Source: Eledone cirrhosa (taxonomy: Eukaryota). Taken from it: DNA of 64,000 bases. Made by a program: the position numbers and the translations under genes. Positions 13,558 through 25,847 of the stretch are shown one piece after another (position 1 is the stretch's first letter; the number at the start of each line of letters is the position of its first letter). The notes beneath the pieces were generated by a model that saw only the letters and a list, made by a program, of their open reading frames with translations, searched no databases and was not told the origin of the DNA. The stretch is from NCBI GenBank assembly GCA_964016885.1, contig OZ024741.1, forward strand, positions 235,910,001 to 235,974,000, in the 5' to 3' direction.

Positions 13558-13590
<33 letters not shown>
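12040..13590 (+). mobile_element. Degraded RTE LINE 3' end with 3' segment and (GAT)n tail, interrupted by a MITE
   Basis: Reads KGFSLRVKGRLYDAC...LYGSET, LERNEASML and KKTWDKVVKTNL|KELNLT across the insertion; (GAT)n tail at about 13520-13590. Confidence 0.8.
12480..12700 (+). mobile_element. piggyBac-like MITE (family A)
   Basis: TTAA|CCCTTTAGCATTTA...TAAATACTAAAGGG|TTAA. Removing it and one TTAA restores the RTE reading frame. Confidence 0.85.
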
Positions 13591-13592
<2 letters not shown>

Positions 13593-13600
13593 AGGATTAA

Positions 13601-13832
13601 CCGTTTAGCATTTACATTATTCTATTTTTACTACTGTATTTTCACAGTAAAGGCTTTACCTCACATACTATCTTACATAATTATCTCATAATATCGAATC
13701 TATGAGATTTTGGTGTTATTTATTTTGAGAAGAATACATTAATATAGATATGAGCGGCCAGTTACAGCTGATTTGAACAGAAAAAAGGTGAAAGATTTCT
13801 GACTGGATACAGCCGGTTTAAATGCTAAAGGG
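13601..13832 (-). mobile_element. piggyBac-like MITE (family A), inverted copy
   Basis: TTAA|CCGTTTAGCATTTA...TAAATGCTAAAGGG|TTAA; the interior is the reverse complement of 12480-12700. Confidence 0.85.
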
Positions 13833-13859
13833 TTAAAGAATGTAAAACCAAAGTTAACT

Positions 13860-14840
13860 TCATGGCTGATTGAGCTGGGAACCAGCATTTTACAGACATA
13901 TGCAACCCAAGTGCGGTACTTGTCCAAGGCACAATGGAGGACTGGTTCCACATGTCAATAGGCATCTGACAGGGCTGTCTCCTCTCCCTGACACTACTCA
14001 ACATCTTCCTTGAATGAATTATGACTGATGCCCTAGAAGACAATCCTTGACAATGAGGTTCACTGATGACATCGACGGGCTAGCTGGAAGTGAAGAAAAA
14101 TTTGCTGAGCTGGTGAACAGCTTGAATGTAACGTCCACTATAATATGGCATGGAGATCAGTGCTGAGAAAACCAGGCTGATGACAAAGACCACAAAGCCA
14201 ATAGAGAAAAGGATCACAGTCAGTAGTCAAGAGCTGGAGACTGTGACACAGTTCAAATACCTTGGTGCCATCATCTGTCAAGAGTGCTCTAAAAGTGACA
14301 GTACTTGCTAAGCTGAAACCTCTCTGGAGAGTCAAAAACACCACTCTCAGATGCAAACTAAAATGTCTGCATGCATTGGTCCTATCCATCTTTCTATATG
14401 CATGAGAGTCATGGACCCTGACCACTGAACTGTAAAAAAAATGATCCAAACAATGGAGATGAGAGGTTATAGAAGAATCCTGGGAATTTCCTACACAACA
14501 CATTATGAATAAAGAGGTCTGCAAAAGAATCACCCACCACGTGAGTCATGATGAAGATCTGCTAACCATGGTGAAGAGGTGAAAGCTGAGGTAGTATGGG
14601 CATGTAACAAAATTGAACGGACTGTCCAAGACAATTCTCCAAGAAATAGTGCAGAGAAAGAGAAGAGAGGGCAATCAGAGGAAGTAGTGGACAGACAACA
14701 TAGCTGAGTGGATGGGAAAGAACTTTGCCACAACCCAAGCACACACCTATGACCATCAAAGATGGAGGCAATTGATGCAGCATTCATCACTGCAGTGTCC
14801 CAACAACAATTAAAAGGGTTAAAGGACCATGATGATGATG
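13860..14840 (+). mobile_element. Second RTE-clade LINE family, 5'-truncated, degraded
   Basis: GI*QGCLLSLTLLNIFLE, RFTDDIDGLAG, EISAEKT, QFKYLGAII, LYA*ESWTL, KLR*YGHVT and LSKTILQ, followed by a (GAT)n tail. Confidence 0.85.
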
Positions 14841-15529
14841 TGTGAGGAATAAACTTCTATTGAAATCGATATTGATGATAAAAATGATAGCCGTCATCAT
14901 CTTCACCATCATGGTCTAGTCCAAAAATCAATACAGGATGGTCATGGCTGGAATGCCTTTGATTATAATTTTATTTGAAAGGGCCCTCTTGGGGCTAAAC
15001 AAAACATCATGAAGAAGTAAGGGAAGAGTGAAATTAAAGAAGGACGCGAGAAAAACCTTGTTAATTCTGAGAGAATTTATTGAATACCGATTCTCTGACT
15101 AAAAGTAAGAAAGAAAAAATAATAAAGTAATCCAAGTATAGGGAAATATTTTAGAATGGAATAAATATTCCATTTATAAAATGAATGAAGTGTGGGCGCC
15201 AAAACAACCATTATTTCAACTGCCATTCTTTATGTATATGTGTTCGTACGTATGTATGCATGTTTATTTTTTTATATATTTATTTTTGTATTTCAAAAAA
15301 TTCTTCCTCTCAAGAATTATAGTTTCCCCGCCTCTCCATCACCAGTAAGCACCCTCCTCCTCCACAGGCACACAACATCGCCACCATCGCTCGCAAACAT
15401 TAGCACCATCACTACTACTATAAACAACAACACCACCAACAAGAAAAACAACACTTATTACGCCTTTACCACAACCTCTCCTCCCACCCTCCTTACACAC
15501 ACACATACAAACACACTTTACTCTTGCAG

Positions 15530-15717
15530 TGCTTGTTTAATATGAAAGTGCAACCAAGCCGATCCGGACTTTTTTTAAGCAAAGTGAAAAAAATAATATT
15601 ACACCGGTTTCATTGTTCTACTATTGGAAAAAAAAAATTAATGTCCCGAGGGTTTTTTTTGTTCAGCAATATCTGTTCCACTGAATATCTTTCTCATTCT
15701 ACTGAAAACTAGTCAAG
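15530..15717 (+). other. Candidate non-coding (5'UTR) exon
   Basis: Perfect donor AAG|GTAAGT at 15717/15718; possible acceptors ctcttgcag (15529) or ttttttttgttcag (15666). Confidence 0.3.
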
Positions 15718-16264
15718 GTAAGTAGCAAAACTGAATAGCATCTCTTTCCGAAGATTCTGCAATGTTTTGCAGCTTAAAAAAAATAACAAAAAACAAAACA
15801 AAAATGTACGATGTACATACATATATATATACACACACACACACACATATATATATATATCTATGTGTGTGTGTGTATAAATATATATATATATATACGT
15901 ATGTGTGTGCTTATGTATGTACATATATAGAGGCATATATATGTATATGCTTGTATAAAGAGGTCAATGCTGGTCCGTGAAACTTTAGGCCCCTCTCTCT
16001 CTCTCTCTCTCTCTCTTTACACACACACATGCGCGCGTAATACGTTCATACACACCCACACTACAATACGCACTCACGCACACGTTCGTCATTTGTACAT
16101 CAAAACATCACACATTTGAACACACACACCAAACAGTCACACAAAGTGATATACACACACACACATGCGCAACACGCGCGCGCACGCGCTGCATGTCGAT
16201 TGTGAAGCATTTCTGAAATCTTCGTCATCAAATTTTATTTGTTTATTTGTATTCTGTTATCTCG

Positions 16265-16267
16265 TTT

Positions 16268-16298
<31 letters not shown>

Positions 16299-16442
16299 CA
16301 CATACACATTCATAGATAACATGGATTTATATATACATATGACGTGTTTGTGTATATTTTATATATGTACATATACGTATATTCATATATATATATATAT
16401 TTACGTGTATATATATATATATATACGTGTATATATATATAT

Positions 16443-16482
<40 letters not shown>

Positions 16483-16544
16483 ATATATATATGTGTGTAT
16501 ATATATATATATATGTGTATATATATATGTGTATATATATATAT

Positions 16545-16575
<31 letters not shown>

Positions 16576-16620
16576 TATATATATATATACGCACGTATAT
16601 ATATATAGATATATACATTG
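16265..16620. repeat. (TA)n/(TG)n/(CA)n compound microsatellite
   Basis: Directly visible; similar tracts at 15810-15950, 17760-17842 and 18437-18475. Confidence 0.95.
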
Positions 16621-17760
16621 TGTCTCACGCATATACAAGCACACATGTTTGTGTTTTTGTCCTTTACATTGTATATAAATATCCTATCCAAAATGTACAC
16701 ATAAATATACCTAGACATACAGACCCATGCACATGTTATTGGTTTTTTTGTTTTGTTGCAAATAACGGTACATACACACACACACATATTTATAATCGTA
16801 TATACATTTTCTTCGCACCCTGTATTTTTCACCTTTTTTTCTAGCTATGTATAATTGTTTGTATGTCCTGTTACTTTCTGCACATGTTTAAAATAAACGA
16901 ACACACACACACCCAACGTATGTTTACACACGCATATGCGAATCGACGAGGGAGCCCTTTATGTTTTCACTTTATCTGCTAGAGTTAGTAGCCAAATCTC
17001 CCTCAAATGTTACCCTACGATCTTAAAAAAGGAAAGTTGCATTGGATAATGTAGTCCTTGGCAAGACTACATGTATGTAAAGAAATTATTTACGATCATG
17101 GTGGTAATGGTTTTAAACGGCCCGTTGGTTGAACAATAACAACCGTTTTAAAGTAACGAGCGAGCCCCCCCCCCCCACACACATAGTCGTTTAGTCTGCT
17201 AATAATGGCAACCAAATATGCCTTAAATCACTTCTAACAGCCTTAAAAAAACATTGGATAATGATGTCCAAAGGTAACCGAAAAATAACGGGATCACTGA
17301 AATGCCTGAGCCCTTAGGTTAACTGGATTGGTAAAACAACACGTTTTTTTAATATATATATTATATATTTATATATATGAGTCGGGGTTAACCACTGTAA
17401 ATAGGTACTCAATACATATGTAGAGTGACGAAAGAGGTTTATATGGGCATTTCTGATTTCATATGAATGAAACAGTTCTAGTCTTGTAGAAGCCTTTTAT
17501 ATATTCTCCCTCTCGGTATGATGACATGTAGAATAGGTACAATTTAAAAGGTGTAGCCCCAGTGTATAGATTAACTTAAAACGGACCGTCTCTGTTGGGA
17601 CTAGACATTTTAATTAATATATATATGTGTTGTACTAATACAGTTGCTATATATGTATCAAAATTATAAAATCCCACCATAATGCTATAGTTATTTGTAA
17701 CTGTAGAATTCCGTGTAACAGTGCTCCCTTGAGGCATAGGGACACCTATTTTAAAGTAAA

Positions 17761-17844
<84 letters not shown>

Positions 17845-18435
17845 ACGAGTGGGTGTGTATTGTCTGTACACATGTGAGCTCACGCCTTTTCCATGTGTTG
17901 ATTTCAGATCTATCATGTTTTTCTTTAGCTTTGCCTTTCATGCTTACGAGGTCGACAAAATAAAGTACCATTAATGCACTGGGGTCCATTTAATCAACTT
18001 TCCACTCAAATTGTTGGCCTTGTGCTTAAATCAGAAACCATTATTCACTCATTTAAAGAAATGAATATGCATACGTATAAATACGCTGTATCTGAATGTT
18101 TCTTTATATAAATGTGTATGTATACAAACACTATATAAGTATACCACAAACTCTCTTTATGTGTATAGAGAGTAGTACACTTTTTTTTACACACACTAAA
18201 GTGGGTGTTATAAATACCGTTTTACTTAAAATATTCAAACATTAACATAATGAGTACTCAATACGCACAAGCAGATTGTGAAGTTTATTTTCTGAAAGGT
18301 GACAATGACTTCGAATTTTCAGCTTTTGGGTTTATATATATACCCCGACGGCTGAGCTCAAGCCGTTTCGACGGCTAATTCTGGACTAAATGAAAATTTT
18401 TATGGTCCACCTGGTTCCTTACCACATTTCCTTCG

Positions 18436-18477
<42 letters not shown>

Positions 18478-19840
18478 TAACAAAAATCTACCTGCTCACA
18501 TGCACTACAAGTGTGTAGTACATGCATGTGTATATTATATATATATATATTTTTTTTTTTACACACACACATATACATTCACTCATGTACAATAATGCTT
18601 GTATACATAAACATGTTGCACACTTACACATATATGTATTAATAAACTCAAACCCATAGTCGACTTAGGATAGAATCACAATAAATGGTAAAATGTGATT
18701 GCAGTTGGTGAATATATGAGATTTTAAAAATTTGTTAGCCCAATCTTCTTGTCGTCTACGATAATCTACTCATATCCAGAATATGTTATTTAAATCGACC
18801 ACAGTATTTGTCTGGTACTTTATTTGATCGAGTTGTAAGGGTGAAAGGCAAAGTTGTGCTTGGTGGGATTTTAACCCAAAACGTAAACAACTGTAACAAA
18901 CAACTAAATACCCCAGGCATTTTGTCTGATTATTATTGGACAGACCTATGATGAAAAGGGTTCCAATCATAACCACCCCAACAATTATTCCGACCCCAAT
19001 GTGCCTGGCTGTTTCTGGTAGATCAAGTGACAACATGAAGCCCACCCTCTGCATGTCCTGACCGCGCAAATTTGTGATCAAAGATGTTCCTGCCATGATC
19101 ATCGTGACTTTCTTTTAAGGATTTAGTATATGTAGAATTACATTTTCCAATGTGTCATTTTAAAAAGACAGTAGCGTGTAATTTGAAGTAGATTTAGCTG
19201 CTATTTCTACCAGGTCGAACACTCACACACAGGCCCTCCCCACTCTTCTTAGTGAGTAACCTTTAGCGGTAATAAACTTTCGGAAGAAGGAACTAGATAT
19301 GACGGCAAGCAGAGTATAATTAGATCAACTGTCTGCTGTTTAGAAGGAAAGAGAGGGACTAGTTTACATATGCTGGGACCACATTTTTAATCTGTTTCTG
19401 TTGGCTTTCATTGCCATTTTTTAACTTCGCTTCAGTAACGCACGTCACTGGGAGAAGCACAAAATCCCAATTCTACTTTCGCTAAAGATGGTTAGCCGCG
19501 TAATTAAGTAAATATAATGCTTTTACTAATATACTCAATAAATTGTTTTGTACAGAGAAAAGGCTGGGAAGGGGAGATTTATTTTTAGTTAGATTGCAAT
19601 GGAGGGGATTTGGTTTTCTATATTTTCCCTCCTGAATTTTGACGACAGCTAAGCTATATCTATGGTTTACTTGCTAGTTACGATGTATTAAAAAGATGAG
19701 AGATATAGCTAGAAGCTTGGTACCATTTTTTTCTTTTTGATCTTCCTCTTCCCTTTTTCTCTGCCATCATCATTATTGTCACCATCATCATCATCATTAC
19801 CAACCATCGTTATTCCAGTCATCATTATTATCACTATCCA

Positions 19841-19960
19841 CTGAGTTCAAATCCCGCCAAGGTTAACTTTGCCTTTCATCCTTACGGGGTCGATAAAATA
19901 AAGTACCAGTAATGCACTGGGTAATTTGCTGGCCTTGTGCCTAACGTAGAAACAATTATT
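19841..19960 (+). mobile_element. SINE family 1, 5'-truncated young copy
   Basis: B box GAGTTCAAATCC, core ctttgcctttcatccttacggggtcgataaaataaagtacc, tail ggccttgtgcctaacgtagaaacaattatt. Confidence 0.85.
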
Positions 19961-20869
19961 ATCACTATCCTCACCACTACAACCGACATCAAGCAGTCTC
20001 TGCGCAGTCGCCCGATCTGTTAAAAATAGCAGCTAAATATCCCTTAAAACACAGAATGGTCACAGCTAGAATGCCTTTAATAATTGGTCTGCTCAATCAG
20101 GACCGACCTGGGCCTAAAAGTCTTGATCATCATCATGATCAGGTCACTCTTTCTATCCTCACCCTCCATTACTACCACCATCATCACCACCCTCAACAAT
20201 ATTATTACTACTACCACCATCACCCCATCGCTACCCTCATTAATATCAACAATACCATTACCACCACCTTCACCACCGTTGTCATCATCACCAATATTGC
20301 AAGAATCACTTCAGTTTAAATATGAGGTGGAGAGAGTGGGAGCTTGGGGGAAGGGAAGGGGAGGGCAATAAATGAATTCCTGGAATAATCTTGACTCATA
20401 GGAAAATTATTGAACCTCTCTCTTGTATGGTGTTCCACTTTCGCTCTGTTCACCCCCTCCCTTCTCCTTTTTCGTAGCCCCCTCCTCTTTATTTGGCATT
20501 TACACCCCACCCCCCACATTTCTCTTTACACTGCACCCCCTCTCTTTCTCGTATCTTATAGTCCCCCCCCCACTCATCTCTAGCTTCTCATTTTCTTTTC
20601 ATACTACCACCCTTCCTAAATATCTTCTCATAAACTGTCCCCCTCTCTCTCTTACATCACTCTCTCTCTCTCTCTCTATATATATGTGTGTGTGTATTTG
20701 TTTTTCACTATTTAGCAGCCTTTAGCAATCTACGCATTTATCTTACTATCTAACTATTCAATTATCTATATATCTATCTAACCATCTACCCACCTAAAAC
20801 CTCAAATTCATCAATTCACCTTATTAAACAGCAAAAGTACAGTGGATAGGAGAGAAGTTTTGACATTCA

Positions 20870-21325
20870 TTCCATTCCACCCACAACAACAAACAATTCC
20901 ACCCCACCCCTACCACTACCTCAAACAACACTTCCCCCACCACTACATCAAACAGCTCCACCACCAACCTAACCACTATCACAGACAGCCCCATCACTAC
21001 CTCAAACAACCCCACCACCACTACCACAAGAGCCCTACAACAAACCCCACCATTTCATCAAACACCACCAACCCCACCATTACATCAAACAACCCCATTC
21101 CAACCCCCCTACAAATAGCCCAAAAAAAACCCATGCCCCTGCACTACCACAAGCAACTCTACCACCACAACTACCACCAGCCGCACCCCCACCCCCACCA
21201 CAAACCAACTTACCACCAACCCCACTACCACTACAGACAACCTCACCACCAGTTCTACCACTACATCACCGCCCCTACCCACTACTTCCTCAAACAACTC
21301 CACTCCCACCATTACCTCACCATAA
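20870..21325. repeat. C/A-rich (CAC/CAA) low-complexity repeat
   Basis: Repeated caccactacctcaaacaacc-like motifs; a similar tract lies at 20130-20295. Confidence 0.85.
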
Positions 21326-21674
21326 ACTGCAGTGAAGGCAACTGATCTAGGAGAGCTGCAACTCAATGTATTGGGGGCACAATATCGTCTTTAGTATGGG
21401 TATATTCAGTCCATGCTTAGTGTTTGGCAATAAGAAAATGTAAACCCCCCCCCCCCCCCCCCCGCTCCTATTTGACAATCGAATTAATGAAAAACCATAA
21501 TTGTGTAAACAAAGCTAACCCTTACAATATAAGTACTGTGAATGATAGTGGTGTTTTCGGGTGGGACCATCTATCTGTGTATGAAAACCAAATCTCCTGT
21601 CCTTAGATACAGGAAATGGACATCAAACAGCATAAACCCCACCAGAAACTGACTACTTCCTGTCAGGCACAAAA

Positions 21675-21900
21675 CCTCAGGGCAACCACAGTCAATGTTG
21701 GTACAGTTAAAGGTGGGTCTAGAGAGATTATAAATATGTTAGAGTGAATATGAACAAGAGGTAAAATGGAGGGTAGCCTTAGCCAGATTTGTTATGGATG
21801 AGGAATGGTGATGATGATGATGATAATGAAGGAACCCAGGTACAAATTCTTCTGAGTCAGTAAGAGTTAGAGTTTGTAGAATAGGCAGATAAATGGATAA
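21675..21900 (+). mobile_element. Remnant of an RTE AP-endonuclease N-terminus
   Basis: Reads LRATTVNVGTVKGGSREIINMLE...QEVKWR...RYKFF. Confidence 0.55.
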
Positions 21901-23254
21901 GTAATTGAAGTAACCATAGGTGGCAAATGGACAGTTGTTAGTACACCAGATAGAATGCTTTGTAGTATTTGTTCCAGTTCTCTGTGATCTGAGTTAACTC
22001 ACCGAAGTCAATTTTATCCTTCGTTTTCTTTCTTTCTTTTTTTTTTGAGGTCGATAAAAAAAAAAGTACTGAGTATTGGGGTCGGTTCTTTCTCTATATC
22101 TCTTTCTCACACACTCTCTCCTCTGGAAGAAATCAGCTGTGTTGAGACCTAGAGAGATGATGACCTTTGACAAATTTACAATGCTCAAGACATGTATGTC
22201 ATGACTCCATCAAGAGTTACGGGTCCATATATACATACAATTAAAGTAAGCAGAGTATGTGATATTAATTAACCTTACACTATTCATTGATAACATGACA
22301 GCAACAATTATTACCTACCACTCAGGTGAACATTTAAGCTAGAAAATCATCAGAATTATCAAAAAATGTCGTCAACAGATAATTGTGAATACTTAGCAGT
22401 GAAGAATGTACCACTTAAAATAGACAAGAGCTAGACTGAATCAGAGATACAAGGCAATCTAGAGAAAGAAAGTATGGTAGCTGAAAGATCCCTTGAATCA
22501 GACATAATCAGGATAAGAGCTAGATGGACCGAAAGCCAGAAGGCTATCTGGAGAAAGAAAGTATTGAAGAAAAAGTATTTGGTAATGTGTATGTTGAGTA
22601 AGAGGAAGGGATAGAGCTTTATAATAGAAAATAACTTCAGGAGTTTCTACATAGTGGATAACTATTTTTTTTTTACATAGAGTTTTTACATAGGGAAGTA
22701 TAACATAAGAGACAATTGGGCATTTTTACTGTGACCAGATCTGTGGGCGCAATCGTATAGTAGATAGAACCATAAAAGTTAAGAGACGGGTCAGGAAAGA
22801 ATGGAATGACTTGAAGGGGAAAAGGAACAATCATCATTATTATTTAACATCTATTTCCCTACTAGCAAAGGCTGGATGGGTCATCACAGACTGAGTCAGT
22901 ACTGAAGTTGAGCTACTAACACCTAAGATGGGGTCCCATATGCACGGGATGAAGCAAACATCTAGTGGTCACTAGTATGCACCACTTCTAGCCTTCTTTC
23001 ATATGCATCTCACGTCTTATCGCTCCACCATTCACCAACTAATTACCCCACCTTAGACATACGTCTCCAATTGCCATCTTACATACACACACACCCACCC
23101 CACTTTCCACATCTGATACACTTCTCTTGTCCAATGCATGCATGCAAGCTTGGACAGCGTGACATACTCTCCCCAATGTTGCTGAAATGGCCAAAAGCTC
23201 CCACTACACTCTGTAAGGTGGCCATGCTGGTCACACAACAAAATCCTTAGTCCA

Positions 23255-24280
23255 TCATGTTGGTGTCATAACAAAAGAGCACCCAGTCCACCCTGTAAGG
23301 TGATAGTTTTGGTGACATGATAAAAAAGCACCCAATCCACCCTGTAAAGTGATCATGTTGGTGCCACAATAAAAAGCACCCAGTGCATGCTGTAAATGTG
23401 GTTGGCATTTGGAAGGCCATCTGATCTGACTTCTCTCACAACAGAACAACTCGTCTAATTAATGCTAGAGTGGAAAATGGACCTAACAATGATGATTATG
23501 ATGATACATATACATTTAAATATTTATAAACAAGATGTGGGCCATGAATGCAGCAATGACTTGAAAGAAATGAAGCATTCATGCTCTGGCAGATATGTAA
23601 TGTGAGTGTGCAGCAACAACAGAGTATGAGGAATCAGATGTAGTGTGCAAGGGAGATGCTTGTGTTGGTATAGACATGTGATGCGTAAGGAGAGCAAGAG
23701 TTGTATAAAGATGTGTTGAGCAACTGAAGTATATGAAACCTATAGAAGAGAGAGATTAAGGAAGACATCAGATGAAAAAGTTGTGAAGAGACTGAACCTT
23801 ATGAAGGAGATGACATAAGATCATGATGGCTGGCAACTCGCTGTGCTAGCAACGACCCACTACCATTACAGATATTGTGATGCTAAATGTAAAAAAAATA
23901 GATCATGTGCGTATTCCCTTCCTTTAGACATAGCAAAAATAAAAATTGTGAGAAATTATAGATTGCATAGAACAACTTCACTAGTGTAGATTTAACGATG
24001 GAATGCCCTCAGTGCTATCTGACATACAAAGACAATGTAGGTTAGAGAGCACTTCAGTCTTGTTGAGGACATCACAACTTCTTTAGTATTGGTGCCATGA
24101 TAAAATATACCCCCATACACAAAGTGGCTGGAAGAGTATCCTGCCGTTGGAACCATGCCAAAATATCAAATGTATGAGCAAGTCATCGTTAAATGACCTG
24201 TTTTGTCTCAGACTATGGTGACCTGTCCAACCTATGCCAGTATGAAAAGTAAACAAAACAAAACAATGGTGATGATGCTA
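23255..24280 (+). mobile_element. RTE 3' segments and C-terminal fragment
   Basis: ~50-bp tandem units aaaagcacccagtccaccctgtaa, LERNEAFML homology at about 23560, and GAT tails at about 23490 and 24270. Confidence 0.7.
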
Positions 24281-24295
24281 ATAGTAATAATAATA

Positions 24296-24481
24296 ATTTC
24301 TAATTTTGGCACAAGGCCAGCAATTATATCAGTGCATTACTGGTGTTTTATTTTATCGACCCCGCAGGGATGAAAGGCAAAGTTAACTTCAGCGGGATTT
24401 GAACTCAGACCATAAAGGGGCGTAACTCTATGCTGCAAAGCATGGCGTCCGACCTTCTACCTATATTGCTAATTCACCGCC
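24296..24481 (-). mobile_element. Full-length tRNA-derived SINE (family 1)
   Basis: Minus strand has an A-box-like TAGCAATATAGG, B box GAGTTCAAATCC, the conserved core and an (ATT)n tail. Confidence 0.85.
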
Positions 24482-24600
24482 TATAATAATAATTGTTGTT
24501 TCTACTTTTGGCACAAGTAGAAACAATAATAATAATACACACACATCTTCCTCTTTGTATAAGGTATATTGCTTCTCTCTAGCTCTCTCTCTCACACACA

Positions 24601-25468
24601 TCTATATATATAAAACTGAGGATGTCTGTCTGTGTGTGAGTTTGAATCTCTAAAACTCGAGAACCACCCAACCGACTATTTTCAATCTTTACACATGTAA
24701 TACTTATGTTTCAGAGAGTGTTCTGAGCAAAAAAAATTTCAAATTTTCAATGCCCTAGGGACCGCATTAGGCGATTTAGCGATCTCTCTCTATAATTCTT
24801 AGTTTTTAGATAGATACATACATATAACGTCGCACCCTTATAATATCTGTCTGTATGTCTGGCTGTCTGCATTACGTCACTTCCCTGATGATGTCTGTCT
24901 GTGTGTGTCTGTGAGTTTGAATCCCTAAAACTCGAGAAGTACCCAACCAATTTTTTTCAAACTTTACAGGTGTATTACTTATGTTTCAGGGAGTGTTATG
25001 CACATAAAATTTTGATCTCCTAGGGCCTGCATTAGGTGAAAAACTGCATTTTTTGAGGCGTTACGTCAGACCGATTTCCTTGAAATTGTAACTATGTATT
25101 AGTCAGTCTCTTCTTCATACCGCGAGCAAAGAAAATCCAACTCTTTTATGGCATTAGGTGAAAAACTTCATTTTTTCAGCTTTTTAGGGCTTTTTGGAAG
25201 CGTTATGTCTAGCCGATTTTCCTGAAATTTCAAAGCATATTATGCACATAAAAAAATTTCATTTTCTTGATCCCCTAGGGCCCACATTAGGTGAAAACCT
25301 GCATTTTCCCTGCTTCAGAGGAAAATCTTAAAGATTATCCAGCCATCAGAGTATTCGGTTTATTTTTTTTACATATTGTCCAGGCATGCAGTTTTTCCAC
25401 GATTAGGTCTGTTGGCGGCCCGCGTTCCAAAATACCTTATCCCGTGCAACGCCGGGTACCACTGCTAG
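24601..25468 (+). mobile_element. Non-autonomous Helitron
   Basis: 5' end A|TCTATATATATAAAA; subterminal hairpin CCCGTGCAACGCCGGG; 3' end CTAG|T; no TSD; internal duplication of 24620-24770 at 24890-25040. Confidence 0.88.
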
Positions 25469-25591
25469 TATATATATATGTATATGGGTGTGTGTGTGTA
25501 TAAGTGGTTAACTGTCTGAGTTTAGCCATTTTCCTCTAGAAATAGAGACACCAAAATATTGTTGAAATGAAGAGATATAGTAATGTTAGAA

Positions 25592-25619
25592 TCTAACAGT
25601 TTGTTATGTTTATTTTCAG
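25592..25619 (+). promoter_or_regulatory. Branch point and 3' splice acceptor of the zinc-finger coding exon
   Basis: tctaac followed by tttgttatgtttattttcag, 228 nt upstream of the ATG; an in-frame TAA directly precedes the ATG. Confidence 0.65.
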
Positions 25620-25847
25620 ATTGTCTGCTGACATGTTTTGATGTGGATATCAAGTAATTTCTTCACTGTTTAACTCTGCTGCTGTTGTTGCTGCTCTGGT
25701 TTGTCTATTTATTTCACCTTACTATATACATCTAGTTGTTTGTCTACCTGTCCAGTGTTCAACCAGCCAGCCAGTGCATGGTATTGCTAGCTGGACAGGT
25801 AGAGAGGTTGGTGTCACTGAACAGATACCACTGAGATACCATTGTAA

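Noticed and set aside
18347-18376. Small alternative hairpins (acggct...agccgt-TTCG-acggct) as a ribozyme or switch
   Set aside because: The stems are only 6 bp and there is no hammerhead CUGANGA/GAAA core on either strand, so chance is a sufficient explanation.
20842-21366. His/Pro/Gln-rich and Val/Gly-rich ORFs (also 10265-11261 and 20056-20371)
   Set aside because: They derive from CAC/ACC low-complexity DNA, with no splice or domain support.
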